Shown here piece by piece: positions 34,230 to 45,429 of a stretch of 64,000 nucleotides of DNA. The position numbers were made by a program, and so were the translations under genes. Source of the DNA: Bryobacterales bacterium (GTDB taxonomy: Bacteria; Acidobacteriota; Terriglobia; Bryobacterales; UBA6623); the NCBI GenBank assembly GCA_965222095.1, contig CBDCTD010000003.1, forward strand, positions 977,027-1,041,026. Reading direction: 5' to 3'. Under the pieces are notes generated by a model. That model made no database searches. It was not told the origin of the DNA and saw only the letters and a list, made by a program, of their open reading frames with translations. Each line of letters begins with the position of its first letter. Within the stretch, counting starts at the first letter, position 1.

Positions 34230-35258
34230 ATGACGACCATCACGGTGGATGCGATGGGCAGCGACGCGGCTCCCGGCGTCGAAGTCGAAGGCGCGGTGCA
34301 GGCCGCCCGCGAACACGGTGTCGGCGTCATCTTGGTCGGCGACGAGGATGCCGTCCGGACGGAGCTGGACCGACACGACATCGACGGGTTATTGATCTCC
34401 GTCGCCCACGCCAGTGAAGTGATCACCATGGAAGACAGCGCCGGCAAGGCGCTGCGGAGTAAGCGGGACAGCTCGCTCCACGTGGCGTCGCGTCTCGTGC
34501 GCGAAGGCCGTGCCCACGGGCTGATCTCCGCGGGCAATACCGGGGCCATCATGGTGACGACCAAGGTCGTCATGGGCGTGCTGCCGGGTATCGACCGGCC
34601 CGCCCTGGCGCAGGTGTTCCCGACGCTCGAGAAAACCTGGGCGGTGTTGATCGACGTCGGCGCCAACGTCGACTGTAGCCCCGAGATGATGGCGCAGTTT
34701 GCCATCATGGGCGACGTCTACTCACGCGTTATCCATCACAGGGAAGCACCCCGAGTGGGCCTTCTGTCGATCGGCGAGGAAGAGCAAAAGGGCAACGAAC
34801 AGACCCGTTGCGCCACGCCGCTGCTCAAACAGCTCCCCTTGAATTTCGTGGGGAATGTAGAGGGCCGCGATCTCTATAGCGGCAGTGTGGACGTCATCGT
34901 CTGCGACGGCTTTATCGGCAACGTCGCGCTGAAGGTAAGCGAAGGACTGGTCAAAGCGATCAAATCGATGTTGAGCGAGTCACTCGAAGCCACCCTCACG
35001 CGCAAGATTGGCTACGTTCTGGTACGGGAAGCCTTCGAGGATTTTCGCAAGCGGATGGATTATTCCGAATACGGCGGGGCTCCCTTGCTGGGCGTAAAAG
35101 GGGTCTGCATCATCTGTCACGGAAGCTCGAACTCAAACGCCATCAAGAACGCCATCCGACTGGCCGCCGAATTCCACCAGGGCGGCGTCAATGACAAGAT
35201 CCAGCAGACCCTCGTCGACGGGCTCGAGAGTCTGCGGGCAGCCGGGTCGATCTCCTGA
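34230..35258 (+). CDS. plsX: Phosphate acyltransferase PlsX
   Basis: [43 protein letters not shown]. Confidence 0.96.
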   Translation: MTTITVDAMGSDAAPGVEVEGAVQAAREHGVGVILVGDEDAVRTELDRHDIDGLLISVAHASEVITMEDSAGKALRSKRDSSLHVASRLVREGRAHGLISAGNTGAIMVTTKVVMGVLPGIDRPALAQVFPTLEKTWAVLIDVGANVDCSPEMMAQFAIMGDVYSRVIHHREAPRVGLLSIGEEEQKGNEQTRCATPLLKQLPLNFVGNVEGRDLYSGSVDVIVCDGFIGNVALKVSEGLVKAIKSMLSESLEATLTRKIGYVLVREAFEDFRKRMDYSEYGGAPLLGVKGVCIICHGSSNSNAIKNAIRLAAEFHQGGVNDKIQQTLVDGLESLRAAGSIS

Positions 35259-35300
35259 AGGGTTGCTGCCAACCACTAGAGGGGCACTCGTGGCGTGAGG

Positions 35301-36360
35301 TCAGCCCGTAAAAAGAGTAGGGGAGTTTGCGACGTACCGGACGGGCTTTTTCAGTTTCTTGACGCGGCCTTCGCGGACCGCCCTGTCAAGCCAATCCTTC
35401 ACTTGCGCGGCGCGGATATCCATTTTGCCGGCGAGCCACTCTCCCGGTTGTGGCTCTTTCAGAAGCGCCAGCATTTCATCGATCACCAAGGTGTAGGCGT
35501 CATAAACCGCTTCTTCTTGCACGGCTTGGGCGTTTTGCTCTGATCGCTTTGCAGCGACCCCAAGTCGCGCCGGTGGACCTACGCTCTGCGCCGGAGTGGG
35601 CGAAGCGGCTTCCTCCAAGCTGCCGGGTGACGGCGCGGCAGGCACCAATGCCTGGGCTTCTTCGGAAAACAACTGCCTATTCTTCTCTTCCGGGGGCGTA
35701 AAATGCACCCGAAGATCCTCCCACGGCTCATTGGGGAACGGAATGCCTCCCATGCGGAGTAACTTCGGATTCCCAGGCGCGAGAGTTCCCGTGGACTTTA
35801 CGAACACCTTCACACGACCGCGTTGCAGCGCCTCAGTCGCCCCTGCCCACGTACCCCCCTTGTCGGCCGAGCTTGCCACCACCAGCGCGGCATCGCTCAA
35901 ACCGTAAAGCAGCTTGTTCCGCTCCATAGCGGCATAGGCGAACCATCTCGAATCCGGGTCATAAGGAGATACCAGGGTCAAACGATCACTCACGAGGCCC
36001 GCCCGGTACTGCCCCGAAGTGGCAGTCTTGGCCAAGCCTTCCGCAAGGACTCCTAGAGCCCATCCGCCCACCTCGAGCGCACCGGACATCGCGTCGCGGT
36101 CGATCCCTTTGGCCGCCCCGGAAATAACCGCGGTGTCTTCCTTCGCGCAATGCTCGGCAACCCGGCGCGCGAACTCACTGTCCTCTTCCGAGCGGTCGCG
36201 GGATCCAACCACGGCGAGACCTCCGCGATTTAGTAGTTCCTTGGAACCAACTCCAAAGAGCAGGGGCGGAGCCGATTGGCCGAGATACGTCTTCAGCCGT
36301 TCCGGATAGCATGCGTCACTGCGGCTGATCACCCAGAGTCCGCTTCTCTCCCACCGCTCC
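35301..36360 (-). pseudogene. DprA/SMF (SLOG) family gene, 5'-truncated
   Basis: ERWERSGLWVISRSDACYP, AVVGSR, SGAAKGID, MERNK, GGTWAG; the frame runs upstream into the REP at 36361 and meets a stop with no ATG. Confidence 0.75.
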
Positions 36361-36752
36361 GGAAAGTCGGGGACAGGCTACGACTTTCGAGCAGACTGCC
36401 ACACCGGTAGACGACACCGGCGTTGGGATAGAACCCTGGCTAAGAGGAAAGTCGAAAGTCAGGAAAGTCAGGGACAGGCTACGACTTTTTGAAGCGGTTA
36501 TGATAGATTACGATCAACACGATGGCCCGACTAGCTCGGGTGGTGGCGGTGGGCGAGCCGCACCACCTTACGCAGCGGGGCAACAACCGCCAGCCAACTT
36601 TCTTCGACGACCAAGATCGCCACACCTATTGCCGGCTGTTCGCTGTGCAGTGCGCCCGCGCGGGCGTGCGGCTGCTGGGCTATTGTCTGATGCCGAACCA
36701 CGTGCAGGGGAAAGTTGGGGACAGGAAAGTTGGGGACAGGCTACGACTTTCC
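36361..36752. repeat. REP hairpins GGAAAGTYRGGGACAGGCTACGACTTT (3 full and 1 partial copy)
   Basis: Copies at 36361, 36462, 36709 (partial) and 36724, same orientation; stem GAAAGTCG/CGACTTTC. Confidence 0.85.
36522..36706 (+). pseudogene. REP-associated tyrosine (Y1/HUH) transposase fragment
   Basis: MARLAR...HHLTQRGNNRQPTF...YCLMPNHV, cut at the HUH motif by a REP copy. Confidence 0.88.
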
Positions 36753-36766
36753 TGGGCTTCTGCGGA

Positions 36767-36970
36767 TTAGGCGCCGGAAGTCGTGCGTCTTTCGCAATCC
36801 GGGTTTTCGTCCCGGTAGGGGCAAGCTTCGCAGTTGAGAGGGTCGCCGTCAGACCCGTACAATATCCCGCCGCAGGAACCCCGCAGGTGACGGCGCTTGA
36901 AGATGACGCCGACGGCCATGATGAGCATGGCGATCGCGATGGCGGCGATGGTAAGCGCCAGCAGCGTCAT
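36767..36970 (-). CDS. nqrM: Na+-NQR maturation factor NqrM-like
   Basis: Single TM then MAVGVIF, GSCGG and further Cys; follows apbE. Confidence 0.8.
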   Translation of the reverse strand: MTLLALTIAAIAIAMLIMAVGVIFKRRHLRGSCGGILYGSDGDPLNCEACPYRDENPDCERRTTSGA

Positions 36971-38094
36971 CTGGTTCTATCTTCCCCGGCCGGTTCGGCT
37001 TCCTTTTTGCCGGCGCCCGCAGGTCCGAAGAGTGACGAAAAGGCGGGTGTAGCCTTCTCGGAGAGCCCGCCGTCACCGTTGCGCACGAGGAAGAGGGCGG
37101 CCAGCCCCTGTTCGACGGCCAGTTGGTAACCGTCGGTTTCACCCAACACCATCAGGGCCGTGGCCCAACCGTCGGCGGCAACACAGCGCTGGTGGACGAC
37201 GCTGACCGAAGCCAATCGGTGGCTTACCGGGCTGCCCGTGCGCGGATCGATGGTGTGTGAGAACCGCTGGCCGTCCTTTTCGTAATAATTTCGATAATCG
37301 CCGGATGTCGCCATCGATAGCCCTTCCAGAGGCAAAGTCCGGTAAGGCGCCCTCCCGGCATCGTCGGGACGCTCGATGCCGATGCGCCAGGGCTGCCCCG
37401 CCGCGTTCCGACCGCTGGTTCGCACTTCGCCTCCCACTTCCACCATATGCTTTGGGTAACCAAGGGCCCGCACGGCTTCCGAGACCCGATCCACGGCGTA
37501 TCCTTTGGCAATAGCCGATAAGTCGCATTCGACTTCAGGCTCTGACTTGCGAATCGTCGACGACGCCTCGTCTATTTCGATTTTATCCCATCCAATTCGT
37601 GCTCTTAGCTGCTGTAGGGCGGTTGAGGTGGGTGCTTCCGGTGGACGTTCCCCCGGACCAAAGCCCCACACACGAACAAGAGGTCCGACGGTGATATCAA
37701 ACGCCCCACGGGTCGCTGCACTGATTCGCCGAGCCTCGAGAAAAACGTCGAGCGTCTCTTGGGAGACGGGGGACGGATCTGTCCGGCGGAACTCATTAAA
37801 CCGCGACAGCTCCGAAGCGGGTAGGTAGGTCGACATCTTCAAATTGACATTTTCGAGCTGGGACTCCACGGCGCGGCGCAGCGAATCGAGTTGTTCCTCG
37901 GAGAGATTTTGGGCCACCACCTTCACTGTGAACGTGGTGCCCATGGTGGGCCCCTGGATTGTATAGACCGAATGTTCGGGCGGTTGGCAACTGACCCCGA
38001 CTAGCAGCAGGCAGAGAGTGGCTGCCCCCGCGCCAGCGGAATGCGAAGGGCGCGTACGGTGGCTCGCCCCTACGGATCTTTGGTAAGTCGCCAT
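36967..38094 (-). CDS. apbE: FAD:protein FMN transferase
   Basis: Lipobox-like VSC, TMGT, FDITVGPL, DLSAIAKG, ATSGDYRN, HTIDPRTG, ADGWATA. Confidence 0.94.
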   Translation of the reverse strand: MATYQRSVGASHRTRPSHSAGAGAATLCLLLVGVSCQPPEHSVYTIQGPTMGTTFTVKVVAQNLSEEQLDSLRRAVESQLENVNLKMSTYLPASELSRFNEFRRTDPSPVSQETLDVFLEARRISAATRGAFDITVGPLVRVWGFGPGERPPEAPTSTALQQLRARIGWDKIEIDEASSTIRKSEPEVECDLSAIAKGYAVDRVSEAVRALGYPKHMVEVGGEVRTSGRNAAGQPWRIGIERPDDAGRAPYRTLPLEGLSMATSGDYRNYYEKDGQRFSHTIDPRTGSPVSHRLASVSVVHQRCVAADGWATALMVLGETDGYQLAVEQGLAALFLVRNGDGGLSEKATPAFSSLFGPAGAGKKEAEPAGEDRTR

Positions 38095-38126
38095 GATCTC
38101 CGTTCGCCGGGCAGTTCTTGAGCAGA

Positions 38127-38172
38127 CCGGGACATGGGTAACACTTTAGTCCGGGCACATAGGTAACACTTT
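38127..38172. mobile_element. Isolated IS481-like terminal repeat remnant
   Basis: Tandem CCGGGACATGGGTAACACTTT / CCGGGCACATAGGTAACACTTT resembling internal repeats of IS481 ends; no transposase nearby. Confidence 0.55.
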
Positions 38173-38276
38173 TCGTCCGGGGAGGTGGCCGGCTCCTACG
38201 AATGGAGGGGCCTATTCTTAAGGCAGCGGCCACGTTTCTCCACCGGAGAGCGGTGCGGGTCTAAGCCAACCACGGC

Positions 38277-39506
38277 TCAGACGCCGAAATCGTCGAAGGC
38301 GATGTTTTCGGGCTCGACGCCCAGGTCATCGAGCATTTTGAAACAGGCGGTCATCATGGGGGGCGGTCCGCAAATGTAGTACTCATTATCTTCGGGTGCG
38401 GGATGGTCTTTGAGATAGTGATCGTGGAGCACTTGATGAATAAAGCCGGTGTAGCCGGTCCAGTTGTCTTCCGGCAGCGGCTCGGACAGGGCCAGTTGCC
38501 AGTTGAAGTTCGGATTCTCGGCCTGAATCTTGTCGAAGTGGTCGATGTAGAAGGCTTCCCGCAGGCTCCGCGCTCCATACCAAAAGGAAACTTTACGATT
38601 CGTGTGGACACTATGAAACTGGTCGAAGATATGAGAACGCATCGGCGCCATGCCGGCCCCGCCACCGATGAACACCATTTCCGCGTCGGTATCTTTGGCG
38701 AAGAATTCGCCGAACGGACCTGAGATCGTCACGTCATCACCGGGCTTCAAGCCAAAGATGAAAGAGGACATCTTCCCCGGTGGAGTCCCCTGGGGGGCGC
38801 GCGGGGGCGGCGAGGCGACTCGCACATTGAGCATGATGATGCCTTTTTCCTCGGGGTAGTTGGCCATGGAGTACGCCCGATCCACAGGCTCATCGACCGT
38901 CGACGTCAAATCCCAAATGCGGAACGTATCCCAGTCGCCGTGAAACTCCTCTTCGACGTCGAAATCCTTGTAGTGCACCGTGTGAGGGGGGCAGGTGATC
39001 TGAATGTAGCCGCCGGCGCGAAAGGGAACTTCGTCATCCGGCGGCAGTTCCAGAACCAGCTCCTTAATGAAGGTCGCGACATTGTGGTTGGAGCGAACCT
39101 TGCACTTCCACTGGCGGACGCTGAAAACCTCGGCGGGTACGCGGATCTTCATGTCCTGTTTGACCTTGACTTGGCAAGATAGCCGGGTGCCCTCGCGAAA
39201 CTCGCCGCGCGTAATGTGGGGGGGTTCGGTCGGCAGGATCGCTCCCCCTCCTTCCATGACGTCGACTTTGCAAACTCCGCAACTGCCCTTGCCCCCGCAA
39301 GCGGATGGAATGAAGATCTTCCGGTCAGCCAGCGCACCCAGCAGCGTGCCGCCTGTTTTCACACAGATGGCGTTGGTAGCGTCATCGTTGATGACAACGT
39401 TGACCTCGCCGCCGGCAACGAGCTTGCTTTTGGCGACCATCAACACCACGACCAGCGAAAGGATCACCAGGGTGAACATGAAAACGCCGAGCGCGACGGT
39501 GGTCAT
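38277..39506 (-). CDS. nqrF: Na+-NQR subunit F
   Basis: [47 protein letters not shown]. Confidence 0.97.
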   Translation of the reverse strand: MTTVALGVFMFTLVILSLVVVLMVAKSKLVAGGEVNVVINDDATNAICVKTGGTLLGALADRKIFIPSACGGKGSCGVCKVDVMEGGGAILPTEPPHITRGEFREGTRLSCQVKVKQDMKIRVPAEVFSVRQWKCKVRSNHNVATFIKELVLELPPDDEVPFRAGGYIQITCPPHTVHYKDFDVEEEFHGDWDTFRIWDLTSTVDEPVDRAYSMANYPEEKGIIMLNVRVASPPPRAPQGTPPGKMSSFIFGLKPGDDVTISGPFGEFFAKDTDAEMVFIGGGAGMAPMRSHIFDQFHSVHTNRKVSFWYGARSLREAFYIDHFDKIQAENPNFNWQLALSEPLPEDNWTGYTGFIHQVLHDHYLKDHPAPEDNEYYICGPPPMMTACFKMLDDLGVEPENIAFDDFGV

Positions 39507-39548
39507 GTTTGTGATCCCATGCTGACGAAAGCGTGTGACATTGCAGCC

Positions 39549-40166
39549 CTACAACTGGATCCCCGCGAACGCCATGAAGCCGATGGCCATCAACCCGGTC
39601 AAAACAAAAGTCATGCCGAGGCCCCTGAGGCCCGCGGGCACGTTGCTGTAACGCATCCTCTCGCGGATCGATGCCAGGGCGACAACCGCTAGAAACCAAC
39701 CAATGCCCGACCCAAGGCCGAACACGGTGCTTTCGGCGAGGGTGTAGTCGCGCTGGACCATGAACAGCGAGGCGCCCAGGATGGCGCAGTTGACCGCAAT
39801 CAGCGGTAGGAATACACCGAGCGCAGTGTAGAGCACGGGAACGAAGCGGTCGAGCGTCATCTCGACGATCTGCACCATCGCCGCGATCGTGCCGATGTAG
39901 CAGAGGAACCCGAGGAACGACAGATCGTAGTCGGCTAGCGAGGGATCGAGCCAAGCCATCGCACCTGGCTCGAGCAGGTAGCGGAAAATCAGGTTGTTCA
40001 TCGGAACCGTCACGGCGAGCACGAAAATCACCGCCGACCCCAGGCCGATCGCCGTATTGACTTTCTTCGAAACCGCCAAGAACGAACACATGCCGAGGAA
40101 GAAGGCTAGCGCCATATTCTCGACGAAAATCGCCTTGACGGCCAGGCTGAGATAGTGCTCCGTCAT
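39549..40166 (-). CDS. nqrE: Na+-NQR subunit E
   Basis: [24 protein letters not shown]. Confidence 0.96.
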   Translation of the reverse strand: MTEHYLSLAVKAIFVENMALAFFLGMCSFLAVSKKVNTAIGLGSAVIFVLAVTVPMNNLIFRYLLEPGAMAWLDPSLADYDLSFLGFLCYIGTIAAMVQIVEMTLDRFVPVLYTALGVFLPLIAVNCAILGASLFMVQRDYTLAESTVFGLGSGIGWFLAVVALASIRERMRYSNVPAGLRGLGMTFVLTGLMAIGFMAFAGIQL

Positions 40167-40249
40167 CGGATCTCTTTTCTCCTATCGATTGCCGGTCGCG
40201 CTTCCGATCGATTAGTTCCGCCGTGTCCAAACTTCGCCATCTGCTTCAT

Positions 40250-40879
40250 TTAGCCCTCTTCTTCGACCTGGTCGTGCTTCCAGGTCCGCAGGGCCCAGAT
40301 GAACAAACCAATGATAAAAAACGCTCCGGCCGAGCTAACCATGATTCCGTTGGGGTAATACCAACCGCCCTCATTGACGGAAGGAAGTACGACGTACCCG
40401 AAAATCTTTCCTGCTCCAAACAGTTCACGGAGCAAGGCCGTAAGGATCAAGAGGAGGCTGTAGCCCAGGCCGTTTCCGATGCCGTCCATCAGGCTACTGC
40501 TGGGTCCGTTTTGCATCGCGTAGGCCTCGGCGCGGCCCATGATGATGCAGTTCGTGATGATCAGCCCGACGAAGACGGAAAGCTGCTTGCTGATCTCAAA
40601 GAGATACGCTTTCAAGAACTGGTCGGCGACGATCACGAGCGAGGCGATAATCGTCAGCTGAACAATGATGCGGATGCTTGTCGGGATCTGATTGCGCAAC
40701 AGGCTGATAGAGAAATTCGACAGCGTCAGGACGAAGATCACGGCGCCGCACATCACGACGGCCGTATCCATCCTAGTGGTCACCGCCAAGGCCGAACAGA
40801 TTCCCAGCACCTGCAGTGCGATGGGATTGTTCTCAAAGAGCGGATCGAGCAATACTTTTTTCGCCGGTGTCGCCATCAA
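40250..40879 (-). CDS. nqrD: Na+-NQR subunit D
   Basis: [35 protein letters not shown]. Confidence 0.96.
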   Translation of the reverse strand: MMATPAKKVLLDPLFENNPIALQVLGICSALAVTTRMDTAVVMCGAVIFVLTLSNFSISLLRNQIPTSIRIIVQLTIIASLVIVADQFLKAYLFEISKQLSVFVGLIITNCIIMGRAEAYAMQNGPSSSLMDGIGNGLGYSLLLILTALLRELFGAGKIFGYVVLPSVNEGGWYYPNGIMVSSAGAFFIIGLFIWALRTWKHDQVEEEG

Positions 40880-41681
40880 AACTCTCTTCTTCTGCTTTCA
40901 TGATACTGGCCTGGCCCTCTCGAAACCGTTTGAGGTACGGTCCAAAGCCGGGATCCCCGAGCCAGAACTGCAGCATGTTGGTCACGCCCCGACTTGTGAT
41001 CGTCGCGCCGGAAAGACCATCAACCCGGTAAGGGTCATCTTGTGGAGAACCGGCCCGCCCCTTGATCACCGAAATCACTGGAGATCCGTTCTCATCAAGG
41101 GCCATCCGCCCGGGCCAAAGAGCTTTCCAGCTTGGGTTGTCCACTTCCCCTCCCAAACCCGGCGTTTCGAGGTGCTGGTAGTAGGTCAACCCACGTATGG
41201 TTCTCGTGTCGGCATCAAGCGCCACAAAGCCGTAGAGCGTGGACCAGAGTCCGTAGCCCTCGATCGGCAACACGAGCATTTGCACCTCGCCCCTGCCATT
41301 GAGCACTTGATAGACGACCGCGTGGTTAGGCAGCCGTTTGATGACTGAAAAGTTCGGGGGGGCTTCGCGGCTGGTGGCGGGATCGGCTGCCGCTTTCCGC
41401 TGGTCGTAGGTAGCGGTGTCGACATCGGGGGCCGGGAGCCCGGTTTCGAGCTCGATCGCCAGCGCCTTAATCGCGCTGAAGCGCTCTTCGATTTCTTCCG
41501 GGCCGAGCCTTTCCGTGGCTTCGGCTAGCCCGGCGGCCATCAACACGTTCTTCATCTTGTCCAGCCGGGCGTTGGTTTGTTGCAGCTCGGACAGCGAGAC
41601 CGCCGAGGAAGAAACAAGGATGGCGCACACCACGCAAACCGCGGCGGCAAACAGAAGCGTGTACGCAACGCTATGCTGCAT
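40833..41681 (-). CDS. nqrC: Na+-NQR subunit C
   Basis: N-terminal TM, GYGLWS, ETPGLG, flavinylation motif DGLSGAT. Confidence 0.95.
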   Translation of the reverse strand: MQHSVAYTLLFAAAVCVVCAILVSSSAVSLSELQQTNARLDKMKNVLMAAGLAEATERLGPEEIEERFSAIKALAIELETGLPAPDVDTATYDQRKAAADPATSREAPPNFSVIKRLPNHAVVYQVLNGRGEVQMLVLPIEGYGLWSTLYGFVALDADTRTIRGLTYYQHLETPGLGGEVDNPSWKALWPGRMALDENGSPVISVIKGRAGSPQDDPYRVDGLSGATITSRGVTNMLQFWLGDPGFGPYLKRFREGQASIMKAEEESFDGDTGEKSIARSAL

Positions 41682-42894
41682 AGCGCACCTTCCTGCGTTT
41701 GACGTTGGCTTGCACCACGAAGTAGTCGATTAACGCCGCAAACAGATTCATAAACAGGATGGCCAGCATCATACCTTCGGGATAAGCCGGGTTAACCACG
41801 CGAATCAAGATCGCCAACACGCCGATCATGAACCCATACACATATTTTCCGGTATTTGAGTGAGCCGCGGAAACCGGGTCCGTGGCCATGTAAACCGCGC
41901 CGAAAGCCCAGCCGCCTAAAGCAAAATGCCAATAAAACGGCACCCCGAACAGAGGATTCGTCTCTGATCCGATGGAATTCAGCAGCAGGGAAGCCAGGAA
42001 GGAACCCACTGCGACCGAAACCATGATCCTCCACGAACCGATGCCACTGGCAATCAACACGGCGGCTCCGAACAAACAGGCCAGCGTCGACGTTTCTCCC
42101 ATCGAACCGGGAACCAGCCCCAGGAACGCATCCCACCAGGTCAGGCCCTGATCCAAGACCGCTTGCCCTTGGACCGCGGCTTCGGCCAGCCAGGTCGCGC
42201 CGCTGACGCCGTCAATGCTCGTATCGGCAGCGATCCAGACCTGATCACCGGAAATCTGCACCGGGTAGGCGAAAAATAAGAAGGCCCGGGAGGTCAGAGC
42301 TGGGTTCAGGATATTCATTCCCGTCCCGCCGAAGATTTCTTTGCCTATCACGACCCCGAAAGCGATCCCGACGGCGACCTGCCAGAGTGGGATCGTCGGC
42401 GGCAGTATCAGGGGGAACAGCATGCCGGTCACCAGAAAGCCCTCGTTGATCTCATGCTTGCGGACCACGGCGAACAGCGCTTCACAATTGCCACCTACAA
42501 AAAAAGTTGCGAACAGCACCGGCAAGTAATAAAGAGCGCCGTGGAGGATACAGGCAAGTAGATCGCCCGGGTCGTAAGCCCCATACCCCAACGCGCCGAT
42601 GGCCTCGGTCTGCCAGGTGTCCAGCGGTACGGCGCCGTTTTGGATCGCCAGGTGAGCCTGATAGCCGGTGTTGTACATGGCCATGAACACACACGGCAGC
42701 AGGGCAATCACCACCGTCATCATCATGCGCTTCAGGTCAAGGCCGTCGCGCACGTGCGAGGCGCCTTTAGTGACTTTCCCCGGCGTGAACAAGAACGTGT
42801 CTAGGGCTTCGTAGAACGGGTAGGCAAATTCGAGCGCAGCCCCCTTTTGGAAGAGCTTCGACTGGGCGTCAAGAATAGATCGCAGCGCCTTCAT
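41671..42894 (-). CDS. nqrB: Na+-NQR subunit B
   Basis: [19 protein letters not shown], flavinylation motif DGVSGAT, GSMGETS, MATDPVS; ATG overlaps the nqrA stop. Confidence 0.96.
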   Translation of the reverse strand: MKALRSILDAQSKLFQKGAALEFAYPFYEALDTFLFTPGKVTKGASHVRDGLDLKRMMMTVVIALLPCVFMAMYNTGYQAHLAIQNGAVPLDTWQTEAIGALGYGAYDPGDLLACILHGALYYLPVLFATFFVGGNCEALFAVVRKHEINEGFLVTGMLFPLILPPTIPLWQVAVGIAFGVVIGKEIFGGTGMNILNPALTSRAFLFFAYPVQISGDQVWIAADTSIDGVSGATWLAEAAVQGQAVLDQGLTWWDAFLGLVPGSMGETSTLACLFGAAVLIASGIGSWRIMVSVAVGSFLASLLLNSIGSETNPLFGVPFYWHFALGGWAFGAVYMATDPVSAAHSNTGKYVYGFMIGVLAILIRVVNPAYPEGMMLAILFMNLFAALIDYFVVQANVKRRKVRYAA

Positions 42895-44264
42895 CAGCCT
42901 TCCTTCTCGATGACGGTCAACACCTGGCGGAGCAGTGGGCCGTATTCCGTTTTTCCCGGGCAAACGAAACTACAGAGCGCCAAGTCTTCTTCGTCAAGTT
43001 CCAGGCAGCCGAGCTCCTCGGCTTTTTCGATGTCCCCGACAATCAGGGAACGGAGCAGAAAAGTGGGAAGGATGTCGAGAGGCATCACCCTCTCGTACAT
43101 GCCGATCGGCACCATCGCTCGATCGGACCCGTTTGTGGTGGTCGTGAAGCGAAACCTCCTGCCGGGAATCAGTCGGGAAACAAAGGTGTTGATTGTGGAA
43201 AACTTGTCCGACCCGGGAGCCAGCCAGCCCACGAATTCCCTCTTGCGGTCCTCGGGAACGACGGAAAGTTGGTGATGAAACCGTCCCAGATAGCCGAAGA
43301 CATCACCGGAGGCCGCGCGGCCCGACAAGACCGACCCTGAGATAATGCGGTTTTCGCCATTCGTGAGTTCGCGCTCGACGAGATCGTCGGTCGCGGCGCC
43401 TAGACGGGTCCTTAGCAACCGGGGACGCTGGACCGCCGGTCCGGCGAGCGAAACGACGCGCTCGACGTCCAGTTCGCCGGTGTTAAAGAGCTTTCCGATC
43501 GCGATGACATCTTGGTAGTAGAGGTGCCAGACGGTCTTGTTTCGATCGACGGGATCGAGCCGATGAATATGCACGCCGACGGTACCTGCCGGGTGAGGAC
43601 CGTCGAAGTGCTCGAGTCGAAACTGGGAACCTGCGGGAGTGGTCACCGAGCTGCCCCCGGCTGCGCAGACGTAAACTGGGCCGTCCGTTAGCTTCGCAAC
43701 CGCCTCGAGACCGCGCTCGAAATCGGCTTCCTTGCCCTCCAAGACCGCGTCCGGACTTGGCGCTAGCGGGTTCGTGTCGGTTGCCGTGACGAAGACCGAA
43801 TGCGGCACATCGGCGGGATTCGCGGCCCGGGCGAAGGGTCTACCGCGCAACGATGTCCAGAGGCCCGACTCGAGCAACAGATCCTTGACCTCTTGGCGAG
43901 AGAGAGAGCCAGGGCGCTTGCTCGAATAGGAACCAAACGAGGCCGCGCTTCCGCGCCCAGCTAGCTCGGCGCTGTCCAACTGGATGACGACCGACCGCAG
44001 CGCCCGACGTTCCCCACGATTGATGGCAGCGACCGTCCCGGAAGCCGGTGAGGTGTACCGGGCTCCGGGGGTTTTCTTGTCTTCAAACAGCAGTTGTCCG
44101 CGTTGGACGTCATCGCCCACCGAGACATGCATGGTGGGCTTCATGCCGATGTAGTCTTCCGCAATAAGCGCCACGCGCCGGGGTTGGGAAGCCTGCTCGA
44201 TTCGCTGTTCAGGCTCGCCCGCGATCGGAAGGTTCAATCCCTTTTTGATTTTATGAAGGCCCAT
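42894..44264 (-). CDS. nqrA: Na+-NQR subunit A
   Basis: [42 protein letters not shown]. Confidence 0.96.
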   Translation of the reverse strand: MGLHKIKKGLNLPIAGEPEQRIEQASQPRRVALIAEDYIGMKPTMHVSVGDDVQRGQLLFEDKKTPGARYTSPASGTVAAINRGERRALRSVVIQLDSAELAGRGSAASFGSYSSKRPGSLSRQEVKDLLLESGLWTSLRGRPFARAANPADVPHSVFVTATDTNPLAPSPDAVLEGKEADFERGLEAVAKLTDGPVYVCAAGGSSVTTPAGSQFRLEHFDGPHPAGTVGVHIHRLDPVDRNKTVWHLYYQDVIAIGKLFNTGELDVERVVSLAGPAVQRPRLLRTRLGAATDDLVERELTNGENRIISGSVLSGRAASGDVFGYLGRFHHQLSVVPEDRKREFVGWLAPGSDKFSTINTFVSRLIPGRRFRFTTTTNGSDRAMVPIGMYERVMPLDILPTFLLRSLIVGDIEKAEELGCLELDEEDLALCSFVCPGKTEYGPLLRQVLTVIEKEG

Positions 44265-45065
44265 TAGACCAACTATGTTTGATATTGCCGGGCCGTCAAA
44301 GACCCGTTACTCCACCGGACCTAACCGTCTGTCAGTCTGACCACCCGCCTCGTCTACGGCGGTAGATTACCGGTTACTCACTTCAGTGGGGGACCGAACC
44401 AGCACGTCAGCCTTTAAGCCTTCGACACGGAGTTTCTAGTCTCAACTGCGCTGGGCTGCGTTTACGAGATGGTTTCGGGCAGGCGACCGCAGACGGTCGA
44501 GGGTCTCCAGCCCGTCCGACGACATCGGCTCCTCGCTGCTTCCTCCCTATAGTCTATCGACGCTTGCCGCTTAGAGCTAGAGACTATGCCGCGCCCGGGG
44601 CTCATCCCAAAGCCCAGCTTTGTCAGTCACATATGTCTTGAAGCTAGAGCTGGTCCAGCCAGCGATAATAAGTCGGCCGCTGCCCGCGGGCCTAGGTGTC
44701 AACTGTCAGTCGCTTCCCTTTTGGTCGGCAGTAAAACCCGCCGCGGGGAAGGTAAAGTCACCAACCCCAACCGGACGTACCATTTTAGCGCGATCCCGCT
44801 GCCAGATTCGGAAGCAAGCGTTTGTTCCCGAAGCCCGCAAAGGAGCCGCCGCTCTCCTGTGCGGAGGCGTTGCCAGCGACACATGAGCCTGCGCCGGGGC
44901 AAAGCCGAAAGCATCGAGCGTTTCCAGACCAGCAGTAGGCTACCGGTTGCGCACCCTTCGCCGGCGCGCTAAGGCATTTTCCGAGCCGGCGGACCTGAAT
45001 TACGGTCCCTGTTTCAAGTAGAACCCTGATGAGACCCGTCGACGGTTTTCCTATAATAGGGAGAC

Positions 45066-45341
45066 GTGACGGACCGCATGGGTGAGCCGGCCACCTCGAA
45101 ACCGCCGCCGGTCGATGAGCCGCATGCAGGCGAACCATCATGCCTGATCTACCTCAACGGCGAAGAACGAAAGGTTCAGCAGAGATCCACAATTTCGTTG
45201 CTGTTGGCTGAACTTAAACTGGCGGAAGACGAGGTCGCCGTTGAGATGAATCGCAGGATCGTTCGACGTCCTGATTGGCAATCAACAGAGATAAAATCCG
45301 GAGCGGCGATCGAAGTGGTCCATTTCGTGGGCGGGGGATAG
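45066..45341 (+). CDS. thiS: Sulfur carrier protein ThiS
   Basis: LNGE, VAVEMN, VHFVGGG C-terminus; start uncertain. Confidence 0.88.
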   Translation: MTDRMGEPATSKPPPVDEPHAGEPSCLIYLNGEERKVQQRSTISLLLAELKLAEDEVAVEMNRRIVRRPDWQSTEIKSGAAIEVVHFVGGG

Positions 45342-45429
45342 ACGGAAAGTTTTCCTCCCACCAAAAAAATGACTTCCCAGAGTACTCCGGGTTGTCGTAC
45401 AATCTCATAGTCCCTCTGCCTCCAACCGA

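Noticed and set aside
36444-36455. GAGGAAAGTC resembling the RNase P RNA P4 motif
   Set aside because: It is a partial copy of the local REP, with no other rnpB elements.
36361-36752. Direct repeats as a possible CRISPR array
   Set aside because: Irregular spacing, one interval is a transposase fragment, and no cas genes.
44895-44995. Possible c-di-GMP-I riboswitch (GGCAAAGCCGAAAG)
   Set aside because: Lacks the GACGCAAA junction and a proper P2/P3 arrangement.
44990-45065. Possible TPP riboswitch or hammerhead before thiS (GAACCCTGATGAG)
   Set aside because: No upstream CTGAGA or TPP 3' core, and no GAAA for a hammerhead.
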